Below, one piece after another: positions 8,559 to 20,087 of a stretch of DNA of 64,000 nucleotides. The stretch comes from Candidatus Spongiisociaceae bacterium. GTDB taxonomy: Bacteria; Actinomycetota; Acidimicrobiia; Spongiisociales; Spongiisociaceae. A program made the translations under genes and the position numbers. The DNA lies in the NCBI GenBank assembly GCA_965219685.1, contig CBDCOH010000002.1, positions 2,080,001 to 2,144,000 on the forward strand, read 5' to 3'. The notes below the pieces were generated by a model, which was given only the letters and a program-made list of their open reading frames with translations, was not told the DNA's origin and did not search any database. Within the stretch, counting starts at the first letter, position 1. Each line of letters opens with the position of its first letter.

Positions 8559-11500
8559 ACCGACTTCTCCACCAGGAGCGGGAGGATCGGTCCCCACAGC
8601 TTCCGGGCGCGATCCGGGAAGGGACTCCGCTCCAGGGCGGATATCGTCGCCAAGTCCGGGAACAGGAACTCGTTGGCCGGATCCTTGGCCTCCGGGGAGA
8701 ACCGGTCCGTCTCCCACGCCTGCCCGGCGACCTTCCTGGCCACATCGCGGTGGCTGCCGATCTTCCGCTGCCAGACGAATGAGGTCTCGCAGGGCAGCGG
8801 GATGGGCGAGGTGAGGCCCTCGACGTACAGGTCGACGAGGCCGGACAGCAGACGCTCCGCCTGCCTGCGGCGGCGCGCCACGTCACCACGGATCGGCCCG
8901 ATTCGCACGCTCCAGAGCTTGTCGCCGCGCAGGTGACGACCGAGCAGCAGTCCCTGCCAGGGGTGATCCGGGTCCAGCGCGGTCAGGAAGACCACCTGGA
9001 GGAAGGCTCTCAGGCGTTGCTTGCCCTTGAGTCGCGACGGGGTGACCACGTCGATGCGGGCGCTACCGGGATCGGCGCTGACCGTTCCCTCGATCATGTG
9101 GTCCCCCACCCGGACCACGCCGCTGTGCTGCTCGTAGCGCGCCGGGTCGTACCCGACGGCTCGGGCCGCCTCCCACAGGTCGGTAGCCCTTTGCCGGGCC
9201 CTCTCCAGCCCCGGCAGGCCGAGGTTGCCGGGCGGGACGGTATCTCCGGCGCGTTCGTGAGCTTCGAGCGATTCGATGGAGTGTCCGGCCAGCAACCCGG
9301 CAAGAAGCCGGTTGGTGACCTTCCATTCGCTCAGGGGATCGAGCACCGTGGGCATGGTGTCGTCGGGTATCTCGCCGCGGGCGGGGATGACGAAGCCGAG
9401 CCGCCGGCGGAGGAACGAGCGGGCCGGATGTTCCAGGAAGCTTCCGAGGTCGTCGAGTCGGATCTGCGAGAAGATGTCGTCCACGGGGGGCGGCAGGGGG
9501 AGCCGGGCCGACTCCGGGACGGTGCGATGCTGGATGGCGAGGGCTCCGTCGAACTGAATGGGATCGAAGCCCCAGGGTCCGTCCACGCCGCGCTCTCCCG
9601 CCACGAAGTTGGTCTCGCTGAAGGGCTGGAGCGGGTGACGGGTCTCGAGACGTTCCAGTCCCGCCAGGCCGACCATGTCGCCGAGCACGTCTCTCAACTC
9701 AGCGATCGGCACGGCTGGCGGGTACTCGGCGTTGGTCAACTCGTCACGTCCCGAGTACGTGACGATCAGGTGATCCCCGGCCGCCATGACCGCGTCCAGC
9801 AGGAGCTGGCGGTCCTCGGCGCCCCGATCCGAGTCACCGATGATCTCGTTGTCCACCAGCAGATCGTCACCGTCGACGCGGCCGCTGCGCGGGAAACGAC
9901 TGTCATCCATGCCCAGCAGGCACACCACCCGGTACGGCACCGAACGCATCGGGACCAGGGTGCAGACCGTTATGTCCCCGGTCCGGAAATGCAACGGGCT
10001 GGGCGTGTCCCGGGTCCAGTCCCCCACCACGATCCGGGCTTCGGCGGGGCCGATCAGGGGATCGTCGGGACCGGCGCCCTCGCTCGGGAAGCTCTCCTCC
10101 AGGAGACGCTCCAGCTGTCCCCACTGCCACTGGTCGTCCCAGCCCGGAGCCGCGAGGAGCCGCACCGCGCCGGCAATGGCCGTTCCCCAGGCGGAGTGCG
10201 GCTTGGGTTCGCCCAGCAGTGCCCGCACCGCAACGATCCGGTCGAGAATCTGGGCCAGCAGTCCGATCGGCAAGGCCTCCTGGCCTTCGGCCCCGTCGAG
10301 GGGCGCGATCGAACCGACGACCCGTACGCCGCTGTCCGAGTAGAAGACCCCGGCCAGGGCCCGGTCCAGCCCTCTGCGCCATGTGTGGTCATCGCCGCTA
10401 CCTGCATTCCAGAGGGAGCGGTGTTCCCCGTCGAGCCCCCACCGCACGTTGGTGTCCTCGATCACGGCGGAAATCGCGTCGGCGGTCTCCTCGTCGAACC
10501 CGAACAGTCGCCGGACGACCGGCATCGCCACCAACTCGCGGACCGTACCCGCCTCGAGGCGGGACCCCGCCAGATCCAAGACGGTGGCTGCGAACCTGAC
10601 CAGCGGGTTCGTGGCCGCCGGGGCCCGGTCGGCGATGCGCAGCCGGAGGTCGGGGAGAGCATCATCGGCAACCGGCTGGTCGGCCTGGTCGGCGTGGTCG
10701 CCAGGCGGGACGGAGTCGGGGAAGTCGACCTCCCGGAGAAAGGTCGCCTCCAGGAGAGGGGCGAAGGTGGCCAGATCGGGGGTCATGACCACAATGTCGC
10801 GGGGCTCCAGCGTGGTGTCCGCTGCGAGGACGTGCAGGATGGCATCCCTGAGCACCTCGACCTGGCGGCGGGGGCCGTAGCAGACATGGATCTGGACCGA
10901 CCGGTCGCCCCTCCGCGCCTCGGCTGGGCGGCCCGACCTGGCGGGCGGGGTGTTGGAGCGGATGTCCTGCTGGAGTCTCTCCAGCACGGTCGGCTCTGCT
11001 CGCTCGGATCCGGTCGCGGATGGCTCACCCGTATGGTCGCGAGCGGCCAGCACCGTCTGGAGCTCGCGGCTTTCCCGGGCCCACGACCGAAGGAACGGGT
11101 GGCGCGGAACGTTCGCAGTTGGGTCGGAGACCCTCGCGTGGCGGGTACCGGTCGGCGAGCCGCCGAGCAGGGCCGCCGTATCCCGCCACAGGACCGGGGA
11201 CGGATGCAGGAGGTAGAGGTGAACATCGTGGCGGGCGGATACAGCTTCGAGCACCTCCAGATCGACGGGATCGGCCGCGGTCAGCCCGTACACGGAGAGC
11301 CGATCAGGGAGGCACAGGTCGACCTCGCCACGGCGGACCGGCTCCAGCGCTGCCGGTAGCAACTCCGCCAGACTCGGCACACCGATGCGATCCCGGACCA
11401 AGCTCCACACGCGCGGTTGCCAGAGGTCGGCGTCCGGCAGGGCCGTACCGTCGGCCGCCACGTTCCGGCCCTCCCGCCAGGCTCGCACCATCTCGGGCCG

Positions 11501-11959
11501 GCGCCGCGCGTAACGGGTGAACAGCCCCGAGATCTTGCGGGCCGCCCTAAGGCGCTGGCCGTTGCCGAGCGCGTCGATGCCACGGCCGGCATCCACGAAA
11601 CGGGCGAGCAGCCACATCCAGGACTCGTGCAGATGATCATCCAGCACCGAGACCACACTGCGGGTCAGGGCGTTTCCTTCCCAGGCTTCCAGGGCGGAGG
11701 CGAGCTCGGGAAGGGAGAGCAGCACCTCCCTGACGAGGCGACGCGGGGAGGGGAACTCGACGTTGGCGCACACCCCGTCCCCTGAGGTCCTGTCGGCCAG
11801 TTCGGAAGCGATGCGCTGCGTGAGCCAGCGCTCGATCCCGCGCGTCGGCACGGCCACCAGTTCCGGCGCGAAGGGGTCGGCTGGAGGCGAAGCCAGCATC
11901 TCGCACAGCTTGCCCACCAACTCGTCGGGATGCGACCCGACGTGGATCAGCAGCGCCAC
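8555..11959 (-). CDS. recC: Exodeoxyribonuclease V gamma subunit
   Basis: DPFAPELVAVPTRGIERWL, VQIHVCYGPRRQVEVLRD, DIVVMTPD, CTLVPMRSVPYRVVCLLGMD and HPLQPFS. GTG at 11959 follows an AGGAGA RBS. Confidence 0.95.
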   Translation of the reverse strand: MALLIHVGSHPDELVGKLCEMLASPPADPFAPELVAVPTRGIERWLTQRIASELADRTSGDGVCANVEFPSPRRLVREVLLSLPELASALEAWEGNALTRSVVSVLDDHLHESWMWLLARFVDAGRGIDALGNGQRLRAARKISGLFTRYARRRPEMVRAWREGRNVAADGTALPDADLWQPRVWSLVRDRIGVPSLAELLPAALEPVRRGEVDLCLPDRLSVYGLTAADPVDLEVLEAVSARHDVHLYLLHPSPVLWRDTAALLGGSPTGTRHARVSDPTANVPRHPFLRSWARESRELQTVLAARDHTGEPSATGSERAEPTVLERLQQDIRSNTPPARSGRPAEARRGDRSVQIHVCYGPRRQVEVLRDAILHVLAADTTLEPRDIVVMTPDLATFAPLLEATFLREVDFPDSVPPGDHADQADQPVADDALPDLRLRIADRAPAATNPLVRFAATVLDLAGSRLEAGTVRELVAMPVVRRLFGFDEETADAISAVIEDTNVRWGLDGEHRSLWNAGSGDDHTWRRGLDRALAGVFYSDSGVRVVGSIAPLDGAEGQEALPIGLLAQILDRIVAVRALLGEPKPHSAWGTAIAGAVRLLAAPGWDDQWQWGQLERLLEESFPSEGAGPDDPLIGPAEARIVVGDWTRDTPSPLHFRTGDITVCTLVPMRSVPYRVVCLLGMDDSRFPRSGRVDGDDLLVDNEIIGDSDRGAEDRQLLLDAVMAAGDHLIVTYSGRDELTNAEYPPAVPIAELRDVLGDMVGLAGLERLETRHPLQPFSETNFVAGERGVDGPWGFDPIQFDGALAIQHRTVPESARLPLPPPVDDIFSQIRLDDLGSFLEHPARSFLRRRLGFVIPARGEIPDDTMPTVLDPLSEWKVTNRLLAGLLAGHSIESLEAHERAGDTVPPGNLGLPGLERARQRATDLWEAARAVGYDPARYEQHSGVVRVGDHMIEGTVSADPGSARIDVVTPSRLKGKQRLRAFLQVVFLTALDPDHPWQGLLLGRHLRGDKLWSVRIGPIRGDVARRRRQAERLLSGLVDLYVEGLTSPIPLPCETSFVWQRKIGSHRDVARKVAGQAWETDRFSPEAKDPANEFLFPDLATISALERSPFPDRARKLWGPILPLLVEKSV

Positions 11960-12097
11960 GAGGTCTCCTGAGGACGGCAACGGTCCACGGGCAGCCGCGC
12001 CTCGCCCGATCGAGTCAGTTCGTGAACCCGGCGCAACTCGATCCCGCATTCAGGCAGCGTGCCGACGCACCGGGGAGATAAGTCCTCCACAAAGGCG

Positions 12098-12119
12098 AAC
12101 TTATCACCCGGCACCGACA
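12098..12119 (-). promoter_or_regulatory. RecA-NDp/PafBC-type DNA-damage promoter upstream of recCBD
   Basis: Minus strand TGTCGG-TGCCGGGTGA-TAAGTT matches the actinobacterial TGTCGG-N10-TAnnnT consensus. Confidence 0.7.
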
Positions 12120-12250
12120 TTACGCGATCATCGACAGTCCTCCCCCAGAGTACCGGGTCTTTGGTTCGCCGTGTCACCGCGCGGTGTAGTCCCACGATCG
12201 GCACACCCGACCGCCGACGGCAACCGCGGCGAACGAGGCTTCGCAACGAG

Positions 12251-12455
12251 GGGGTTGTCAGTGTCACAGTCCCGTCGCATACTGGTACACAGTCGTAAAC
12301 ACCACCGGTCCGTTTACGGTACCGATCGGGCCGAGGCTGGGATCATGTTGTCGGAGCAGACCCATTTCACGGGGTTGGCGGGACGCGTTCGGAGACTTCG
12401 GAGGTGGCGGCTGGGGGTGGGCCCGCACCATGGGTCCGGTGGGACGTTTTTCGCG
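12251..12455 (+). repeat. Dispersed ~195 bp repeat, copy 2 (inverted relative to the others)
   Basis: Begins GGGGTTGTCAGTGTCAC-N10-CATACT, contains AAACACC, GGGATCATG and GGTGGCGGCTGGGGGTGGGCCCG, and ends CGTTTTTCGCG. Confidence 0.65.
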
Positions 12456-12583
12456 TTCTCGGTCTGCTGGGGCTGCCCTGCGGGATGGTGGCACGGTCCG
12501 CGGACGTATCACGAATACCGGAGTCAGGACCCTGGGACATCGTGATCCGGGTCCCGGCAGGTCTCCTCTTGACCGCCGCCCGG

Positions 12584-14044
12584 CTAACCGCTGCCCGGGA
12601 CGACCTTCACAGGCTCGGGCATCCGCGCCAGCGAGCGCTCGACAACGGCATCGGCGAGGCCGGCGAATATGCGCTTGTGGATGGGCCACAGCGCGTACCA
12701 ATAGAGCAGTCCCAGAACACCCGCCGGGTGGAAGTGGGCCGCGGTGACGATGCGGGATCCATCCGTTTCGGGCAGCACCTCGAACTCGAGGGCCGCGGTG
12801 CCGGGCAGACGCATCTCCGCCAGGAGGGTGAGGCGGCGGCCCGGCTCGACCGCCACCACCCGCCAGAAATCGAGCGCATCGCCCACCCGCAGTTCGTTGG
12901 GATGGCGGCGACCCCGGCGCCGGCCTACTCCCCCGACCATGCGGTCCACGACGCCCCGCAGGTTCCACAGCGGGTTGGCGTAGTACCAGCCGTTGGTCCC
13001 TCCGATCGACGACACGACCTCCCACACCGTCTCCGGCTCCGCCTCGCATCTCCGTTCGACACGCTCGCCGCGGCTGTAGAAGGAGACATCCGGGCGATGG
13101 TCCCGCATCGCGAACGAGCCTTCCGTCCAGCGCGCGGGCATCTCGGTGTCGCGCTCGGCCTCCAGGGCCGCCCGGACCGCATCTTCGTAGGTGTGGAGGG
13201 TGAGCGGGATCGAGGCGGCGAGGTCGGCGTCCGGGTCGACGACCAGGTCATGCTTGAGACCGTCTATCAGCGGCCGGGCGACGCTCGTGGGCACGGCGGT
13301 GACCAGGTTCAACCAGTAGGACGAGAGGCGCGGGGTGAGGACGGGTACCCGGATGATCAGGAGCCGCTTGCCGATCACTCGCGCGAAGCTGGAGAGCATG
13401 TCCCGGTAACGGACCGTCTCCGGCCCGCCGACGTCGTAGATGCCACCCGCCGAGGCGTCGGTCTCCGGAAGCCGGACGAGGTATTCGACCAGGTCATCGA
13501 GCGCGATCGGCTGGGTCAACGAATCGACCCAACGGGGAGTCACCATCACCGGCAGGTGGTACACGAGATCGCGGATGACCTCGAAGGCGGCAGAGCCGGG
13601 CCCCACCACGATCCCGGCCCGGATCTCGGTCACCGGCACGGGTCCCGACCACAGCACCTCACCGGTCTCCCGCCGGGAGTCCAGATGCAACGAGGCCGCC
13701 TCCTTCGGTTGCAGCCCGCCCAGGTAGATGATACGACCCACCCCGGCACGGGCCGCTACATCCCGGACATGGGTCGCCGCCCGGCGGTCCAGGTCCGGGA
13801 AGTCCTTGCCCGCTGCCATCGAGTGGATCAGGTAGTAGACGACGTCGATACCCTCGAAATGCCCCATCAGCGACTCGGGATCGAGAGCGTCGGCACGAAC
13901 CGTCTCGACCCCCACCCACCCGCGGGCGTCGAGGGTCTCCCGCCGGCGTCCGGCGGCACGGACCTCGTGTCCCCGCTCGACGAGCCGCGGTATCAGATGG
14001 CTCCCCACGTAGCCGGAGGCGCCGAGGACCAGCACCTTTGCCAC
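12584..14044 (-). CDS. SDR/NAD(P)-binding oxidoreductase with C-terminal DUF2867/SRPBCC domain (YbjT-like)
   Basis: VLVLGASGYVG Rossmann motif, YYLIHSM, SAAFEVIRDL, IGGTNGWYY, GDALDFWRV, AEMRLPG and GLLYWY. GTG after GGAGG. Confidence 0.88.
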   Translation of the reverse strand: MAKVLVLGASGYVGSHLIPRLVERGHEVRAAGRRRETLDARGWVGVETVRADALDPESLMGHFEGIDVVYYLIHSMAAGKDFPDLDRRAATHVRDVAARAGVGRIIYLGGLQPKEAASLHLDSRRETGEVLWSGPVPVTEIRAGIVVGPGSAAFEVIRDLVYHLPVMVTPRWVDSLTQPIALDDLVEYLVRLPETDASAGGIYDVGGPETVRYRDMLSSFARVIGKRLLIIRVPVLTPRLSSYWLNLVTAVPTSVARPLIDGLKHDLVVDPDADLAASIPLTLHTYEDAVRAALEAERDTEMPARWTEGSFAMRDHRPDVSFYSRGERVERRCEAEPETVWEVVSSIGGTNGWYYANPLWNLRGVVDRMVGGVGRRRGRRHPNELRVGDALDFWRVVAVEPGRRLTLLAEMRLPGTAALEFEVLPETDGSRIVTAAHFHPAGVLGLLYWYALWPIHKRIFAGLADAVVERSLARMPEPVKVVPGSG

Positions 14045-14250
14045 CGGAACCTCCTTGCCCTGGTCGAGGACGGTTGCTATGCCACCCCGTCGGTGGTCAC
14101 GCAAAGTTTATGGCTCCGCCAGCCGTACGTAGACACATGTGTCGGTTGCCGGTCTACGCCACCACGCTGGACAGGGCCGACCAGACCGTTCCAGTCGACA
14201 ACCGAATGTCAGGCCCCCCGGGGTTCTCGCGCTTGCAGGTCAGAGGCGGT

Positions 14251-14853
14251 CTATGCGCGACTCTCTCGCCTGACGGGTCGGGTGGATCTCCATGAACTTC
14301 TCGCCGAACCGTCGAGCAGGGATGCCTCCTCGTAGACAGGATCCGACCAGTCCCGGAACGCCTCCACGGCCTCGGTGCGCTGCGTTGTACCGTCGCCGCG
14401 GATATGGGTGACCGCGATCCCCCGGCCGTACAGGACCCGGGTGATCAGCAGGAAGCGATGGCAGCCGGCCGGATCCTCCTCGCTGCACATGATCGCTACC
14501 CGCGACCGCTTCGCGTGGCGGGTCAGCCGGGCCATGCCGGACTCGAACACGGGGCTCTGCGCCATCCGTCCGTAGAGCACATGCCCCTCGGAGTCGTAGA
14601 ACTCGTCCCCTTTGGGCTTCCCGCCGAGTGTCTCTCCCATGAAGAGGTATCCGATGCAGGCCGAGTGCAAGTCCCCTCGAAGGGGATGACGGTTGAACTG
14701 GGGGTTGAACCGTGAGAAGGGCGAACTTCGCACATCCACCACCCTGTCGACGCCGTACAACCGGACAACGTCTATGAAGCGCTCGATCGGATGGGTCGAG
14801 TGTCCGACGGACCAGAGCCGGGGACCGCGGACCAGGACCGGATCAGCATTCAT
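14251..14853 (-). CDS. DUF488 domain protein
   Basis: SVGHSTH, VVDVRSSPFSR..PQFNR, LGG and AIMCSEEDPAGCHRFLLI motifs. Confidence 0.85.
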   Translation of the reverse strand: MNADPVLVRGPRLWSVGHSTHPIERFIDVVRLYGVDRVVDVRSSPFSRFNPQFNRHPLRGDLHSACIGYLFMGETLGGKPKGDEFYDSEGHVLYGRMAQSPVFESGMARLTRHAKRSRVAIMCSEEDPAGCHRFLLITRVLYGRGIAVTHIRGDGTTQRTEAVEAFRDWSDPVYEEASLLDGSARSSWRSTRPVRRESRA

Positions 14854-14979
14854 TGCGCTTCAACCGCCATACCCCACATGTACGGATGACCGGCCCACTC
14901 GCAAGCGGACTACCGATTCGGTCCAGGAGCTCACTTACCCTTAGGCCGGTCGTGAGCTTCGAGTTTGGACATCGCGCAA

Positions 14980-15207
14980 TCATCCAGACCGCCGCGAGTC
15001 ACCCCTTCGCTGCGCCCTAATCCAACTCGCTGGGTCATCATCCCACGCGTGGCCAGCATCCAAGAGCGCTCCCAAGGATGCTTCGATATCGTGCCATCGA
15101 CACTCTGTATCGAGATCTTGGCCGATCATCACCACCCCGGCTCCCAGCCCGTCGGCTTCGTCGGGTGTGGCCTCGAAGTCTTTTGGAGGCTGGCGTCTAC
15201 TGCGCAT
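14980..15207 (-). CDS. Small hypothetical protein, possibly an antitoxin remnant
   Basis: The C-terminus [16 protein letters not shown] resembles VapB-like antitoxin tails. No toxin ORF follows and the start is uncertain. Confidence 0.3.
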   Translation of the reverse strand: MRSRRQPPKDFEATPDEADGLGAGVVMIGQDLDTECRWHDIEASLGALLDAGHAWDDDPASWIRAQRRGDSRRSG

Positions 15208-15269
15208 CGAAGCAGACTACCGGCCCTGATACAGTGACTTCCGGAGTTCATCGACCAGGAGAGAACGAC

Positions 15270-16913
<1,644 letters not shown>

Positions 16914-16964
16914 CCCGGCAGGCGCGTACACCGCGACGGATACCCGCCACTCGATGGAGTCCCT

Positions 16965-18587
16965 CTAGAGTCGGCGAATAGGCGCAACACTGAGTTGGAC
17001 ACCGCTTCCAGCCAACGACATGTCTAGTCGTGTGAGTGTTACCTTGGTGAAGGAAAACAGATCATCTCCTGTAATTGGCCTAGCGCGTGCCATGGCTAGA
17101 ACAACCGAGGTAGGTCTGTCAGGTATCCAATCCACAGATCCACCTGCTTGTACTACGACCTTCCGTAGTTTAGTTCGTGCCTCCTTGTCATAGCGGAGGG
17201 CATCAGTTGCAACTACAGCTTGCGCGATTAAGTGGCTAGCCAGTGAAGATCGTTTCACATGCTTAATATGTATCAAATCACCTGTCGAGGTCACTACGTC
17301 ACACGCCTCAAATCCTCTAGGATGCTGTGTAGTCCGAAGGAAACGTCCATCGAGCATAACACCACCGATGATCGGTGCTACCATCTCATTATAAGCACGT
17401 TCGTTGGGCCACTTAGATGTGTCCCACTCGGGCAGGCTCACGGAGGGTGTTCGAGCAAATAGGGACTTAATCTGTCCGTCCATTTGGCCAGCATAGTCAG
17501 TATCCATAGCATACCAATAGGAGTTGAAAAAGCAGTATCTTACCGAGTCCTTCTCTATTTCGTAGAAGAGCCAGTTGATGAGAGGTATCTCACCACTCAT
17601 AGGTTCTTCACCATCACTATCACGATATAACCGTATCCTTAGTGTTTTGGCAGCGGAGAGGGGGTAGTCTGGATTCTTATCGATGATAAAGGTGACAAGT
17701 TCTTCAAGGGTCGGCAGATCATCCCCAACAATTCCACCACGAACACCCGTTCCTATCAGTTTGTATGATGATGGAGTTCCGTTATCGCTCATATGTTCAT
17801 GTGGCCAGCCCATAGCGAGTTTGTCTTGGCTCCTCGTCACCAGCGACGCTTCGAGCTTAGACTCAAGGTCCGCTATCGTCCGCTTGTCTTTTACACGAAC
17901 GAATTGTTCAAGTGCTAGGAGTTCCGGCTTGGGGTCAAGTAGGAGCGTCCTTGTAATGGCGTTTAGGTCTTCGACGAGGGTATCTGGTGTTCGACCAAGC
18001 GGTAGACTGAGCGAGTCGGCTGCATGAACTCGGACCCGTCCACTACCGAGAGTCAGCCCACTGACCTCGGCCGCCCCACTGATTCGTGTCACGACCTCAC
18101 CGAAACCTCCCATACCAAAGGACCCGAGAGTTGTACCCGCCGGGATTGATGATCGGTCCGTCCGAGCCCGATGGTCTAGTTCGGATCTGGTTAGCGACTG
18201 TATAGACTCTGGTGTTGCAGTTCGTGTCGCGAATCGCATTCCGAAACCGGGATCTATGAACCCCCGGTCAAGGAGGTGAAATCCCATACCATAAGCCAGT
18301 GCCCACGCTTGACCGTGACCATCCTCGATTATTAGAAGTGCCGCCGGATAGGCACTGCTCAGATGGACATCCGTACCCGTGAGCGACGCCAACCGAGAGG
18401 ACCATGGTACCTTGCGCCTCCGCATCGTACCCATCACTAGTAGGCCATCCTGTCCACCAACTGTTACCGACTGGGCTGAAAAGCCGCCTTCCGATAGGTA
18501 CTTGGGCAGCACTACCTGGATCAGATTAGAGATTCCTCGCAACCGGTAGATCGTTGTCCGGGCAGATGGTGATGGCTTTTTGGACAT
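16965..18587 (-). CDS. DUF6119 / TIGR04141 sporadically distributed protein (AT-rich cargo)
   Basis: TIYRL, ALAYGMGFHLL..IDPGFGMRF, FFNSYWY, ERAYN, FEACDV..LIHIKH..SSLASHL and LFSFTKVTL. Visibly AT-richer than the flanks. Confidence 0.8.
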   Translation of the reverse strand: MSKKPSPSARTTIYRLRGISNLIQVVLPKYLSEGGFSAQSVTVGGQDGLLVMGTMRRRKVPWSSRLASLTGTDVHLSSAYPAALLIIEDGHGQAWALAYGMGFHLLDRGFIDPGFGMRFATRTATPESIQSLTRSELDHRARTDRSSIPAGTTLGSFGMGGFGEVVTRISGAAEVSGLTLGSGRVRVHAADSLSLPLGRTPDTLVEDLNAITRTLLLDPKPELLALEQFVRVKDKRTIADLESKLEASLVTRSQDKLAMGWPHEHMSDNGTPSSYKLIGTGVRGGIVGDDLPTLEELVTFIIDKNPDYPLSAAKTLRIRLYRDSDGEEPMSGEIPLINWLFYEIEKDSVRYCFFNSYWYAMDTDYAGQMDGQIKSLFARTPSVSLPEWDTSKWPNERAYNEMVAPIIGGVMLDGRFLRTTQHPRGFEACDVVTSTGDLIHIKHVKRSSLASHLIAQAVVATDALRYDKEARTKLRKVVVQAGGSVDWIPDRPTSVVLAMARARPITGDDLFSFTKVTLTRLDMSLAGSGVQLSVAPIRRL

Positions 18588-18718
18588 ATCAGACAGCTTG
18601 AGGCATGGGACAGCGGACCTGAACTGCCTTCACTGTAACATACACATGTGTAATTCACAAAGGGAAGTAGTACGGCGTCTGACTCTGGAGTTCGCTGGAT
18701 GCGAGGAGTTACGCGGCC

Positions 18719-18911
18719 GCCGAGGCAACCAGGCGAGGACATCAGGGACTCCTGCTGGGGTCGTATCGCGCACCTCAAGGTCCCGACCTACGTGAAGTTC
18801 GTCGACGGCTTCCCGATGACCGTCACCGGCAAGATTCGCAAGGTGGAGATGCGGGAGATCTCCATTGGCGAGCTAGGTCTGGAGGCCGCCGCCCGTATCG
18901 AGTCCGCCTAG
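18719..18911 (+). pseudogene. Direct repeat B: orphan decaying 3' fragment of the acyl-CoA synthetase
   Basis: Encodes [58 protein letters not shown] versus [58 protein letters not shown] in the intact gene. Confidence 0.88.
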
Positions 18912-20041
18912 CAGCACACCGTATCCGGCGGTGCCAAGCCGACCCCTGTAGGAAGGTCGTCCACCGTCTTGCTGTGCCGGTCGAGCTTGCGGAAGAAGTC
19001 TCGGTAGACCGCATCCCGGTCGATGTCGGTTGCTTCGCTCATCAGCGGCCGATCGGGAAGGTGCCGCCACACGAGGTTGTCGTCGAGGGCGGGGGTCGGT
19101 ACGAACATGGTGGGCACCCAGGTCGGGTCGATCAACCATGCGAAGTTGATGAAGTCCCAGCACACCCAGGACTGACCCGGGAAGGGCTCGACAAGTCGCT
19201 GAGCCCGTAGCCGGTTGTTGCGATAGAGGTAGTGGAGGTAGTTGCCGATCTCCCCGCGTCCGTTGACCCAACGTTCCGACTCGGGCAGGGACATCACGAG
19301 TTGCTCGCCGATGTAGTACCCCGGCAGGTACAGGAGGGGTACGCCCGAGTTGAACAGCAGGCGGGAGGCGTGCTGGTCCTGCACCAGGTTCATGGAGGGA
19401 GAGTTGCTGAACCTCACGAAGGTCGGGTATGCAGACGTCCAGGACACCACCATCCTGGTGATGATCTCCGGTTCCATCAGCAAGGCCGCAGCGATGTTGG
19501 TGACTGCCCCGATCGCCACCACATGGAGGAGCCGGTCGTCGTCCGCCATGGCGGCTTCGATGATCCGGCGGGCGCCCTCGCTGTCCACGATGTCGTCGGG
19601 CGACTCCATGAACCGCGCCGCGCCGCGGAACGCCACTCCCTCGGATGACATGCCGAGCCATCCCATGAGGGTGCCGATCTCATCGAAGGACATCTCCATC
19701 CCTTCGGCCACGGTCTCGAACTCAACATCCTCGGGGTCGATGCCGGCCGCCCTCAGCCTGTGCACCCACGCCGCGATGTCGTCGACCTCGGCAGCGGTCG
19801 AGTGGTCAACATTCGCCCGGGCAGCAGCCAGGAGCGGCTCCCTGAAATAGGCGCGAGAGAACGGCGCGGCCACGATCGCTTCTATGTCAAGCCGGTCAGG
19901 CGACAGCAACCCCCACGTTATGGCGAACTGATCATCCACCTCGTTGGCCGCATCCGTGTCTATGACAACCCGGACCCGGCCGGGCTGCGGTGACAGCATC
20001 TCCTTGCGTCGCTCGTCGCTGATATTCGGGAACCTCGTCAT
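18908..20041 (-). CDS. Nucleoside hydrolase (IU-NH family)
   Basis: VVIDTDAANEVDDQFA aspartate cluster, VAIGAVTNIA and CWDFIN motifs. Confidence 0.85.
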   Translation of the reverse strand: MTRFPNISDERRKEMLSPQPGRVRVVIDTDAANEVDDQFAITWGLLSPDRLDIEAIVAAPFSRAYFREPLLAAARANVDHSTAAEVDDIAAWVHRLRAAGIDPEDVEFETVAEGMEMSFDEIGTLMGWLGMSSEGVAFRGAARFMESPDDIVDSEGARRIIEAAMADDDRLLHVVAIGAVTNIAAALLMEPEIITRMVVSWTSAYPTFVRFSNSPSMNLVQDQHASRLLFNSGVPLLYLPGYYIGEQLVMSLPESERWVNGRGEIGNYLHYLYRNNRLRAQRLVEPFPGQSWVCWDFINFAWLIDPTWVPTMFVPTPALDDNLVWRHLPDRPLMSEATDIDRDAVYRDFFRKLDRHSKTVDDLPTGVGLAPPDTVCC

Positions 20042-20087
20042 GCGTACCCCCAGATGCCTTCCCGGTCGCCGCTCTTGGACGCCAGTC

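Noticed and set aside
8933-11359. 808 aa plus-strand ORF, and similar long ORFs such as 12404-14335, 44432-45652, 46216-47493, 51075-52340 and 59035-60837
   Set aside because: Antisense shadows of well-supported genes in high-GC DNA, with no motifs.
18699-18911. 70 aa ORF as an independent functional gene
   Set aside because: It is the decayed duplicate of the acyl-CoA synthetase C-terminus with a chance upstream ATG.
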